A stretch of 64,000 bases of DNA, from the NCBI GenBank assembly GCA_951406725.2, contig OX597825.1:20088001-20152000 (forward strand), in the 5' to 3' direction. A program made the translations under genes and the position numbers. This document shows positions 37,972-50,917 of this stretch, one piece after another. Positions within the stretch are counted from its first letter, which is position 1, and each line of letters begins with the position of its first letter. The notes under the pieces were generated by a model, which searched no databases, had not been told where the DNA came from, and saw nothing but the letters and a program-made list of their open reading frames with translations. Source of the DNA: Octopus vulgaris. Lineage: Eukaryota.

Positions 37972-40445
37972 TATATTATAAACCTGTTTTAGAAAATCGA
38001 AACTGTATCAATTCTTTTTATTGTTTAATATGAAGAAGAAACGCAGAACTCATATGGAACATCGTAAAAAACGACATAATACCAGGTGTATATTTAAACA
38101 GGTGGTCACATCTGGATACTTGAAAAATAGCAGATGTGCATAAATTTGGACTGCGTGGACTAATGGCTTTCTACTGTCAGAGTAAAATTGTACAACTCAA
38201 TATACTAAATGGTCCACCCAATTGATTAGCTGCAAATAAAATATTACACTTAAATCCATCACGAGTCATTGTATACCTGTTATATATCCAGGTTGAATAG
38301 TACAATTGACAGGAAGTATGGTTAGCCAAGTACCGTTTATTTTACAAGAGTGGTCATATACTTAGCAAGGAAAAATATGATAACCTCTCAGTTTTGTAAC
38401 TTTATATAGATATTGATTAATGAAAATGCGCGATTGATACTGAAATAATCTGGAGAAAAATCTACAACGAGTTAATCCGTGTTTAAAGTGTAACGTCACA
38501 CTCGCGTGCAGCAACCTTTTCAGAAGACATGTTTTAAAATACTACATTAGTAGTTTCATATTAATTCGTACCATTGAGGTAATCTGGTGTGATAAATTAC
38601 CTATATTAATGTATTTAAGATGACAGGTACAACACATTATTTTACTTATTGTAAGTCATTGCAGATGTGAGTTATTATAAGATACAACTTGAATCGGGAC
38701 TCGAAATTAGGTCGCAGTTTCGATTTAGCAGTAACATGCTTCTTACTCTACGGAGGTGTTTAGTTCGTGTTTTAAATAAATATATTATACAATTTAATAT
38801 ATTTTCAATTTTCACACCCTTATATGTATGTTGATACATTTATAATCATATAATAATATTTCGGGGTGTGTTTCATTGTTTATGGTACGAGGTAAATTAC
38901 AGTTTAATACTAATCTAATCATAAGACTATATGAACGCGATATAATGTTCTAAAATCACAAAGTAACTTTCGAAATCAATTGTTTGTGTCTCTATTTACG
39001 TAGCAAAAATCAAAACAATACGAGTCATTGGTTTCATAACGTCTAAAGTAAACGCATGTAAATTGATTCATATTCAACATTTGTATTCTTCAAAACTTCC
39101 GGAATTACTGCAATAACAATTTCAATTTTCCTCCGAGCAAAGCATTCTCGAATGTAGGAAATGTCACAATTTCTAATTTTGAAAACAATAAAATGGATTA
39201 AAGAAAGATCTGTACTCGTGTTAATTTAAACGTTTTCCTTTCGTACTGAAACGCAGACATGAAGCAAATATCATCTTATTTGATTGTTTCATTGGAAATT
39301 TCACATAATAGTTTTCAAATCATATTACACTTTCAATTGTCCAACGCTAGTCATATAGAGGAAATTATTACATTCTACCACTTATACCTGTCCAAAGCAA
39401 TTCATAACAACAGACAGAGAATTTAATCAAATATTCCTCTCTTAATTCTTTGTTTAACCAAAGACCGAAATCTTTCTAACAACTTTCTCAGTAGATAAAG
39501 TTTCGGATTTTGGACTAACAATCAAACAGCTGGCATTTCGTAATTATCATTGAGCAGACTCGATGGGAAAGAAAGCTTAGTCTAACAAGTCACAAACAAG
39601 CAGCATTTCGATAAGTATAATGCTCTGACAGAGAAAAAAGTATTGGAATTATACTAATATTGGTTCCTAGCACTGTCTGATAAGTTATAGGCGACAAAAT
39701 CGCCCTTTATTTATTCCCACTGATAGCATGACAGGAAAATTTATTTCGTTGGTTCATTGTAATAAAGACCAATGAGTCCATCACGAGATTAAATAACTGA
39801 AATCCAGTAAAAACTCCTATATGTTTATTTCACATTGCAATAGGTATCATAAAATAGTTTCAAACATAAATATTATGAAAAAATAAAATCTTTATCTATA
39901 ATCCTACAACCGATTTCTTACTTAATTCAAGAAAATTTTCCAACGGTCATGAATATCACGAGGAGTTAATACTTGACAACGTTGTATCAGTAATTTTCTA
40001 TATTTAGTCACAAAAGTTTTTCATTCTACTCCTAAACGACGTTGAACTATTTTCAAAAATTTACATAGTTGTAACGAAATGATACTATATGATAAAAGAC
40101 AAACGCGTTATAGTAAGAAAGAGGATTCAGTTTTGTAACCAACAAAAATTCGAAATACGCTATTGTAATTTACAGAAACAATAACGAGATTTACACCATA
40201 GTACATACATGTACGTAGTCTCTAGAAATATAAGGTGGCTTTCACATAATGCAAAATATAATCCCATTTATTTAATCCGTACTATCCTAGATATGTGGGC
40301 CACAGTACATTGGTATTTTGTTCACGCTGTGTACATTGTAAGTTATGCCTTTGATTTGATATGATGGTAAATTGTGAATTATTGAAAAATTAACCACCAT
40401 TATTAAGAACTGAAAATGGCCACATAGAAACAACCTTGTCGGCTG

Positions 40446-40446
40446 C

Positions 40447-40499
<53 letters not shown>

Positions 40500-40710
40500 T
40501 TATATATATATATACATATTTATATATATATATATACATATTTATTATATATATATATATAATATTATATATATATATATATACATATTTATATATATAT
40601 ATATATACATATTTATATATACATATATATATATATAATATTTATGTACACATATTTATATATATATGTACATATATATATATATTACATATATATATAT
40701 ACATACATAT

Positions 40711-40754
<44 letters not shown>

Positions 40755-40805
40755 CATATATTACACATATTTATATATATATGTACATATTTATATATAT
40801 AATAC

Positions 40806-40887
<82 letters not shown>
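40446..40887. repeat. Compound (TA)n/(TG)n low-complexity block
   Basis: Read directly. Confidence 0.95.
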
Positions 40888-40889
<2 letters not shown>

Positions 40890-40977
40890 TTAAAATGAAT
40901 AGGAAACGAAAGACAAAAACAGGTGAGGGAACAGCAACCAGGTATATTAGTTTGACACTGAGAGAAAATGGAAAAGT

Positions 40978-41013
40978 CTTTGACGTTTCGAGCCTAAACT
41001 CTTCAATAGAAAG
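40978..41013 (-). ncRNA. HHR-like motif, U6-variant family
   Basis: Minus: CUUU-CUAUUGA-a-GAGU-uuag-GCUC-GAAA-CG-UC-AAAG. Stems are intact and the triplet is GUC, but the core is non-canonical. Confidence 0.5.
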
Positions 41014-41713
41014 GGATGAGAGGAAAAACGAAGAGGGGCAAAAACCGAAGAGAGGTAGATATATATATGATTGCATGCATATATTTATGTTAACATGCAT
41101 GTTTATATCTGTATTATGTATATACGTATGGATGGATTTTACGCAGTCCTAAGTAATGCTAACATGAATATTCATTTGCCACATACTTTAACAAAAATTT
41201 GGAAGTATCATGTTTCTAAGAATATTCTTATATGACATTTTTGATATATCAAAAATATGTTCTTTACATATAATATGAACATATTACAAAAAATATAATT
41301 TCAAATACAGACAAAAATATTACGAAAAACAATTCTATAGACAGAAAGATGACAGAAAAATGAAGGGGAATATTTAAGAAGAATTCAATGTCTAAATGTA
41401 TTTTGTGTTTCTGAATAAATCGATGATTTCTTGAAAGTTTTTAATTTTATTATCTTAGAAGATAATTGGTCATATCCATTTGCTCTATTGTTAAAAAGCA
41501 TCACTTCAGTTAGGTTTTTTTCTTCTGTAATGGCGTCATTTCTTCGTATGAGCATTTAAATTCCTTTATACTATTGCTTCAAACTTGTTATATTTTATAA
41601 AATTATATTTCATTGTCACTACAGACAAATACATACACACAAACATATATATATATATAAACACACCTGTGTGTGTGCCTGAGTAATTGTATGTTTGTCT
41701 ACTGTGCTTGTGA

Positions 41714-41797
<84 letters not shown>

Positions 41798-42025
41798 ATA
41801 TTATATTATATTTTTAATTTTACATTCATAAAGTTTCTTTACTTTAATTATACTGATGTTAATATATCGTCATTAAATTTTACATATTTCTTTGAGAATA
41901 TTCTTTAAAGTATTTTTTCATAATTTAGTTATTTCATTTTTTATAATCTATTTAATCATTATATTCCAGTTTTTCTTATTGAATTTCCTATAAAATAGCG
42001 TTTGTTAAGGATTTTCTATAATACT

Positions 42026-42094
<69 letters not shown>

Positions 42095-42100
<6 letters not shown>

Positions 42101-42870
42101 GAATAATATATAAATATATGCATATATACATACATATATATACATACCTACATATATATGTATATATACATGCATATATGGGTACAGGACATCGAAAAAT
42201 CTTTGAACACAATGCGAAACGAAAACATAAAAACAATAACATGGAAAACGACCTTTTTTTCTAACAACGAAAAAACGAACAGAGAAACGAGACATGCAAC
42301 ATAAAGAATATTCCCCTTCATCAGTTGTTCCTGTTTTATCTACTACGCGTCCCGAAAGCAAGGATAATATGCGACTTCGTTGAAACAATTATTCCCGCAA
42401 AGGAAATTAAATAAAAGTTGGGATTGGGATTTTTCTGCAGAAGGTGAAAACGGTAACAAGAACAGGTCAGTGAGAGGAAGACAGTAAAAAAACTAACGTG
42501 AGATGTGTTAAGCCAAGACGATAGGAAAATTATTATTAACGCCTACCGTTTATTTAATTTGCTTTGCGGGTAGGACTGTTTCAACGAAGTGGTATATTGT
42601 CCTTGCTTTCGGAACCGCGGAGCATATAAAACAGGGATAACTGATGAAGGGGAATATTCTTCATGTTGCATGTCTCGTTTCTCTGGGTTTTTTTTTTCGT
42701 TTGACAAAAGTTCGTTTTCTATATTATTCTTTTTATGTTTTCGTTTCTCATTGTGTTCAACGTTTTTTTCATGTCCTGCACCCATATATGCATGTATATA
42801 TACATATATATCCAGGCATGTACATATATGTATGTATATATGCATATATTTATATATAATTTATATTATT
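42095..42870. repeat. Long imperfect inverted repeat (~320-bp arms, ~130-bp spacer) between TA tracts
   Basis: Arm 1 ~42095-42416 is the reverse complement of arm 2 ~42549-42870. The ORF track shows paralogous TDEGEYS…CCMSRFS translations on opposite strands. Confidence 0.92.
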
Positions 42871-42906
42871 ATATGATCGAACGCCACGCATCCTTTTCCA
42901 AGTAAG

Positions 42907-42952
<46 letters not shown>

Positions 42953-43035
42953 AATATATATATATATATGTGTATATATATGTATATATATACGTATATA
43001 AATATATATATGTATATATATATACCCACATATAT

Positions 43036-43086
<51 letters not shown>

Positions 43087-43646
43087 TATATACTTTATTT
43101 AAAAGTCGAACGGGATCAAACAACATAATTTCTGAAAATATTTTGTAATTGTAAAACATATATTTGTAAGGAAACATGAGGAAGAAGGCTGCTTTTACAT
43201 CACAAGTCAAGAGACTACAGACAGACGAAATATGTGTATGAGGTAGTTCATTTTTTTCAACTTGAAGCCGTTTACTTCTAATAATAATAATTCTAATCGA
43301 TAAAGACTATCGTAACTGTTTACATTTAAGTCCCCACACAAATTAAAGTACCTTACCGGATAGGAATTGAAATGAGAGGAATTATATTTGTTTCAAAATA
43401 TTTTAGAGTGGAATAAAACATAGCGAGAGATAAAGAGAGAAAGCCAAACCTCTCAGTATTATAGTTGATGATGAATAATATAGGTAGTAGCTGCAAGGAA
43501 AAGCTTTTATCATACAAAATTTCTTTTCTAAAGCAAATGCTTATGGGTTTTATCTTAATACGCAGCACATTGTTTCTTCTAGTGTTGCGACCTTTTAACA
43601 AAAGCCTTCTGGATTAAATTTGGCAAAGCAAAAACAGTACCAGAAA

Positions 43647-43678
<32 letters not shown>

Positions 43679-43949
43679 CGTTTGTGCGTGTGTATTTGTG
43701 TGTGTGTGTGTGTGTACATAGATATTATGCTTTGTAGAAGGACAGTAACTACTACTTTCAGACCAAAAGTTCCTTTTGTAAGACATAGGAGGATCTATTT
43801 TGTAATCTTCTCAATCCGCAAAAGCTTCGCTTATGTGATACAATCTTTTCTATATAAACGTCTGTTCAATGTACAGATAAAATATCCATAATATTTTCCG
43901 AGAAGAAAATTTGATATCTAAAACTAGATATTCACCTGTTTCGACGGGT

Positions 43950-44229
43950 CCAAAATATAACCTAAAAATAACCCATTCTAGTTACACTTTTATACAACTG
44001 TAAAACCCACCCCTAAGGATATAAGTGTTCTTAATATTAGCACCGTATTCAACCGCCTTTATGTTCTGAGTTCAACAATTAAATAAGTACCACTTGCGCA
44101 ATATTGTCGAAGTAACACTTTTATTCTGACTCGCAATTGCTAGACTGATGCCGAAATTTGAAACCAATATCATTACATTTGTCTAAAAGTGTAACTAGAA
44201 CGGGTTGTATTTTAGATTTTATGTTGGGC
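43950..44229. mobile_element. MITE-like inverted repeat (~55-bp arms) interrupted by a SINE B remnant
   Basis: aacccattctagttacacttttatacaactgtaa versus ttacatttgtctaaaagtgtaactagaacgggtt. A SINE B fragment (gttctgagttcaa…taagtacc…gaaatttgaaacc) lies between the arms. Confidence 0.7.
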
Positions 44230-45056
44230 ACTTTTAAATGTCAGGTTACATGAGTGATCTTTCGTGATACTGGTAGCATTGAATACCGTACAACGTTTTG
44301 TGTGGTTGGGTCGTCGGCGAATAAAATGGCAACCCTATCACGTTTTCTGGGTGAGAGGCTTGCTAGAAACACAAGAGGAATTAAAATAGGACCTATTAAG
44401 ACAATAGAGGAACCTAATATAGGTTCAATGACTATCTAACAATAGCACGAAGCCCCAGAATTTTGAGGTTGGTGTCCGGTGTACTGGTAGACCACTGGGA
44501 TTGTGGTACCCATTAGCATTTGTAAAAGCGTGTCTCTAGAAACCGTTTCAAGTCAAGACTACGTTTGCTTCGATAATCAGTGGTGACGACTTGGTCACCG
44601 AATCCTCTCTAACGGTCAACAATAATACCAAGCAAAACTCAGTTATCTCCCCTGTTGATTTTGCATCTCTATTTTTAAAAGCGGCATATATTTACATTTT
44701 AATAATTATAAATACACTTCGTTTTTCCAATTAAATTTAGAAGTATATAATTTGTAACCGACTGCAGTGTGCATAATCATTATCTATTTTATATTTTGGT
44801 AACACATTCGTATTAAAGAGAATCCTGATATGTGAACATGTAAACGATGGTCCATTAGATGATATTTCAATGTCCGCCAGTTGATATAATGTTTTATTGC
44901 TAACAGCAAACATCTTAACTCAATAGAGAGGAATATTTTCCCATTGTTTGCATATAACCAGAAATCCATGGTTATGCTACTTATTGACGTCTTACGAACA
45001 GATACATAATACGTGTGTGTGTATGTGCGTATGTGTGTGATTGTGCGTGTGTGTGA

Positions 45057-45095
<39 letters not shown>

Positions 45096-45369
45096 GTATA
45101 TATATATATACATACATATATATATATCAGATATATGTATATACCTTCTGTATATACATATATGTGCATATATACATATATATATATATAATATAATATA
45201 TATATATATATGCATATATATATATACACACACATATATATATATACATAAATACATATATATATATATATACACACATATATAAATACACAAATACATA
45301 TATATATATATATATAAATATACACATATTCATATATATATATATACATATATAAACATGCATACATGT

Positions 45370-45444
<75 letters not shown>

Positions 45445-45992
45445 CATGCATGCATATATATATATATTAGAGACCGAGAGAGATAGAGTGAGAGAGAGAG
45501 GGATAAATACATGCATATATAGACACATACATATAGATTTTGCTTCTGGCAAGAGACTCTCATTAATTATGATATGTGAACAACAACGCAAAGGTTTTTC
45601 CCATTACCAGTTTATCATATTTTCGAATTTCTACTTCTGTTTTTTTTTTTTTCCGCAATTTTTATCATTCCCATTCGCTGATTGTCCACTTTTTCGTTTT
45701 CAACTAAGTTATTCGTTACACATACATTATTTTCGATACCATTTTGCTTCAATCCCCCGTTGTCTTTACTATGCTGTTACGTAATCTTAGAAAAGATATA
45801 TTCAAGATATTTTCCAATTGGAACAGTTCACAAGAGTATATGCACAACAGGAATATGATGTATACGGTTGACTAACAGACCTCATGTCCTGACTATGATA
45901 CAATACAAAGGGAACTCGCTAGAACTGAAAAGATGCACTTGCTATTCAAGGGGGTCTGTCTATAAAACATTATGTTTTCTTTCTTTACATTC

Positions 45993-46140
45993 ATGGCTGT
46001 GTGATAAGAAGTTTGCTTCCCAACCACATGGTTCCGGGTTCAGTTCCACTGCGTGTGGGTAAGCGTATTTCTACTATAGCCTCGGGCGGACCAAAGCTTT
46101 GTGAATGGATTTGGTACACAGAAACTGAAAGAAACCCGTC

Positions 46141-46186
<46 letters not shown>

Positions 46187-46398
46187 TTGTTTGTTTGTGT
46201 GCCTGTGTTTTCCCAACTACCATCGCTTGACAACCGATTTTGGTTGTCTACGTCGCCGTAACTTCGCAGTTCGGCAAAAGGATGCAATTAGAATAAGTAC
46301 TATGCTTCCAAAGAATAAGATGTGGTGTCGATTAGCTCGACTAAAATCGATACTCCAGCATTGCCGCAGTCAAACGAAATAAGTAACAGAATAAGAAA
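45993..46398 (+). mobile_element. SINE family C
   Basis: Head, CORE-like segment, internal TA tract and tail all match. Confidence 0.88.
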
Positions 46399-46489
46399 AT
46401 CCTAAAACATCAACATCTCTATGGCAAAACTATTTTTAACTGAAATATACATAAAAGGGGTATACGGATTCATATTTCACAGTTTACGT

Positions 46490-46830
46490 AAAAGGGAGAG
46501 GAAACATTCTATACAAAAATAGATGTATTTTCAAATATCAAAAAATATCAACTAGATTATGACTGGGAGACGATGTTTTACTCGATATAGCCGCGCTCAA
46601 CTTCAACAGCGGCCTCAAGGTGTAAGCGTTGCTCACTTTACTCCGGGGAAGATTTCCGAACATCTCTTTGAATTTCACCACCAGCTCGGTGTTGCAGGAA
46701 GAGCGTTTCGAATCTTTGTCAACCGTGCCCCACACATAGTAATACATGGGATTACAACGGGAGCAATGGAGGTCAGACATTGGGATTGGTGATGTCATAG
46801 AAATTCTCCACGTATATCAAAAAGCCGATT
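46490..46830 (-). pseudogene. Tc1/mariner transposase C-terminal remnant
   Basis: SRCNPMYYYVWGTVDKDSKRSSCNT…ELVVKFKEMFGNLP matches the SPDxNPxDYxVWG…K…L motif around the last catalytic Asp. Confidence 0.8.
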
Positions 46831-46842
46831 CCTTTTGCTATA

Positions 46843-46896
46843 CATATGGACTTCCATATATATATATATATATATATATATATGGAAGTCCATATG
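46843..46896. repeat. Perfect 54-bp palindrome centred on (AT)14
   Basis: catatggacttcc-(at)14-ggaagtccatatg. Confidence 0.95.
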
Positions 46897-47160
46897 GAAA
46901 TCCATATATTTATATATATAAAATAATAAACAGAATATATGTTATGTGTTACTATTAGTGACGTGCAATGAAACCATGCCTGACAGCATATTTTAAATCT
47001 TCTGAACTCTCAGCATAATATTGAACTATCTCGCAAAGCTTGCACCGCATGTATCTAATTGTAACACATACAAACATATACTCTGTTCATTACCTAATAT
47101 TTATATCTCACCGAATGGAATACTTCCCTTCACTCATCTCAGCATCACGGAACAGAACAC

Positions 47161-47194
<34 letters not shown>

Positions 47195-47250
47195 TATGTA
47201 TGTATATGTATATACATATATATGTATATATGTATATACATACATATGTA

Positions 47251-47304
<54 letters not shown>

Positions 47305-47956
47305 TTATATATATATATACATACATACATCAAGTATCCCATACCAATGTATCTGTTCCCGAAACGGCCGTGAGACTTTGCATATGCTGAAGTTACTTTT
47401 TAAAGTCATGTTATACCAACATTATGATTTATTTGGATAACCGCTATATATTCACCATCGGCGTATTTTAATATCCTCATTCATTTTAATAGGGACGTAT
47501 AACCTCCCAAGTACATTTATGTATTTATTTATTTATTTATTTATTCATTTATATATATATTTTAATATAATATCATGTTTATACGAATGCACCTATGTAT
47601 ACTGCGGAGTATCCTGACGATTTGAAATATATTGAGTGAGTATGAACAATGACCTTTGAAGTTTATTCTGACTTTATATATACATACACAAACACACACA
47701 CGCACACGCGCACACACACATATATATATATATATATATAGTGTGTGTATGTGTGCGTGTGTGTGTGTCTGCGTGCGTAATTTAGGCACTTAAAAGTTAA
47801 TGACGATCTCTTTTGGGAAATACTATGTAAGACAAGATTGCTTACACACACAAACACATACATATATAATATACACATGCACATACATATATGATATATA
47901 TACATGCATGAATGTATATATATATGTATGTATGTATGTATATTTGCATTAATATA

Positions 47957-48045
<89 letters not shown>

Positions 48046-48764
48046 TCGTATATATGTAGGTATATTCGTATCTGTATATGCGTATGGATATTCTTTATGT
48101 ATGAATGTATGTGTGCTTGTGTGTGTGTGTGTCCACCGCTGTGTCTGTATATGTGCGTGTGAGTATCCGTGTGGATATATTTCTATAAATATTAGTAGTT
48201 TTTATATACGTATACATATAACCTTGTGACAATTTTTTTTGCATCTCTGTATAAGCGAATTTATCTCCAAATCTATATTTCCGCCATTTTAATTTTTTAT
48301 ATGTATTTTTTACTTACTGTTTTTTTTTTCTTTTTAGATTTTTCTGCAAACTTGTAAGTGCCAATTAGGACCATCATATTATGATACTTAGCGAATAGGA
48401 AAAAGGAATATAAAGTATAGATAATAATGTTTGATGAGATGCCTTTCGTTACGAAAATACAAGTCTTCAAATCGTCATAAGTAGAACAGTAATGGTCAGC
48501 TGAAAGAGAAATGACAAGGATGCTTAATGAAAGAATCGGATTAATTCAATGTCTGAGTATGTAAATGGAATAATCCCATTCGGTCAACGATATAAAGGCA
48601 CAATATAAAGACATACACAAACGCACGCACGCACACACACATATACATTTTGCATGTGCAACTAAGGCAGTATTGAATTACAATAATCATATCTATGTAT
48701 TGTATTTAACCTATATACCAGTTAATAGGACATTTTTTTGGAGTATTCTTTCCGAGATAACAAT

Positions 48765-48911
48765 ACGTGGTAAGAAACTTGCTTCCCAACCACGTAATTC
48801 CGGGTTCGGTGCCGCTGCCTGGCACATTGAGCAAATGTCTTCTAGCATAGCCTCGGGCCGACCAAAGCCTTGTGAGTAGATTTGGTGGACGAAAACTGAA
48901 AGAAGCCCTCG

Positions 48912-48953
<42 letters not shown>

Positions 48954-49257
48954 AAATATTAGGGAATAAATCCAAACTTACAGGGAAAAATCAGATTTAG
49001 GATTGAATCCAATTTTATAGTAAAATATTATATTTCATTGTTTAAACCTCGCCAAGAAAAATATTTAAACCACCTGATGAATGACTGCGACTCAAAAATT
49101 TGAAGACTGCAGGCAGGAAACGATCGTAGTGGGATATTAATTATATTATTTGATAATTTTGTTACATATTTAAATAATATAAATTAATCATATGTATTGG
49201 CTTAAGTCTTTCATTGTTTGATTTGCCTAATAGTGGTTTTGTCTCTAATTTAATATA

Positions 49258-49309
<52 letters not shown>

Positions 49310-49582
49310 TATACATGTATGTATGTGTGTGTGGATGTGTGTGTGTGTGTATATATATATGTGTGTGTGTGAGTGTCTGTCTGTCTGTCTCTCCATCACC
49401 TCTTGACAACCGGTGTTGGTATGTTTACGTCCCCGTAACTTACCGGTTCGGGAAACGATACCGATAAAATAAGTACCGACCCTAAAAAAATAATCAGTAG
49501 AGTCGATTCATTCGACTAAAATTTCAAGGTGTTGCCCCAGCATGGTCGCATACTACTGGCTGAAACATGTGAAATATAAAAG
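48765..49582 (+). mobile_element. SINE family C interrupted by an HHR-bearing insert
   Basis: Head at 48765-48912 and tail at ~49375-49582, with an unrelated ~300-bp insert (~48955-49250) in the internal TA tract. Confidence 0.85.
49070..49132 (+). ncRNA. Type-I hammerhead ribozyme motif, intact core, palindromic stem III
   Basis: CCAC-CUGAUGA-a-UGACUGC…UCAAAaaUUUGA…GCAGGCA-g-GAAA-CGAUCG-UA-GUGG. ACGAUCGU is a palindrome, triplet GUA, predicted cut after 49128. Confidence 0.8.
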
Positions 49583-49790
49583 ATATATATATACTTTATA
49601 TATTATACACACGCACACACACACACACTTAGAGAAGTTCACATGCTTATATGTGGTTTTGCGTTATACCTTGGAATAATTTGTTTCCTGTCTGCAATTC
49701 TTTCTGATATCACAGTCGCCATGATTGACTGCTAAATCCACAAGATTTTTTTTTAATTAATTATCTCTCTGTGTTTATTACCTCGTGTTC

Positions 49791-49830
49791 CTTTCTGTTG
49801 AAGAGCGTAAAATACTCGAAATAATTTCCC
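49791..49830 (+). ncRNA. Degenerate HHR-like motif, U6-variant family
   Basis: CUUU-CUGUUGA-a-GAGC…ACUC-GAAA, with the stem III/I 3' side deleted. Flanks match the 11028 and 40978 element. Confidence 0.4.
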
Positions 49831-49909
49831 ACCTTCCCGAGAGTCACACTAATACACCTGTCTTCTTTTTTTCTGTTTTACTATAAATTTTAAACTATAT
49901 ATATATATA

Positions 49910-50128
49910 TATTAATAATTATCGCCATACTAATATGGCAGTCTATAAATATAAGACTAAAGCTGTCGCTGATTAGCTCCAAGAGGCCATCGCCTCTAGC
50001 TAGCTATATGACACACGAACCTGCGTCCATTACAACCTTCGAACAGGGGAGGTCAGCCGCTTCACCTTGCTAGTCAGACATCTTATATTTATAGACTGCC
50101 ATATTAGTATGGCGATAACTATTAATAT
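49910..50128. repeat. Fold-back element: ~48-bp inverted repeats around a ~120-bp GC-richer core
   Basis: tattaataattatcgccatactaatatggcagtctataaatataaga versus tcttatatttatagactgccatattagtatggcgataactattaata. Confidence 0.9.
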
Positions 50129-50175
50129 CCAGTAACGCTGCCGTAATCTCCTTTAGAGAGACTTAGTAATTTTAA

Positions 50176-50211
<36 letters not shown>

Positions 50212-50499
50212 CAGAGAGAGACAGACAGACAGACAGAGGGAAGAGGAAGGGTGATGAGATCAAAGCAATATTTATACAGAAAACACTTCGTAGCAATCAA
50301 AAGATTTGAACTTACATACTTACACTTCGAAATCTTTACCGAGTTCGAGGGGTAAAAAGTGGCTATAAGGAGAATCCAAGAGAGCAGATATGGAGACAAT
50401 GATGCAATTAAAGGGATAAAACTCGTTGGGTTTGATATACAGAATGTATTTACGTGTATACATATGATATAACAATTATAATATATATATATATATATA

Positions 50500-50879
50500 T
50501 CTTTATATATAAAAATCAAGTTGTGTGTCTGTCTCCTACGATTTAGATTCCTAACTACTCCCACATTTTGCGGTGCAGTTTAACCAAAACCAGGTATCTT
50601 ATAGTCGTGATTCCTATCGAGCCCTTCTGGGTATTAGCGCGCGTCTACGATGAGTCTACGATTAAAAAAAAAATTACATTAGCATTTTTTTCGCTATTAT
50701 ATAAGGGAAGTAACTCTCTAAAAATGTCTACGATGAGTCAACTATTTTAAAAAAAAATTTACCATCATTTTATTCCATTTTTAATGCATTTTTTTTGCTA
50801 TTTTTTGGCTACAACTCTCTAAAAATGCTTATATAGTTATTTCCCTTACAAACCCTAGCAACGCCGGGCGATACTGTTA

Positions 50880-50880
<1 letters not shown>
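50500..50880 (+). mobile_element. Non-autonomous Helitron
   Basis: 5' TC-TTTATATATAAAA, 3' hairpin ccctagcaacgccggg, end ctgTTAG. Inserted at A|T within a TA tract, no TSD. Confidence 0.78.

Positions 50881-50917
<37 letters not shown>

Noticed and set aside
49968-50080. CUGAUUA and CUGACUA cores inside the fold-back element
   Set aside because: U at position 8 cannot pair with C3, and GAAA is missing at the required position.
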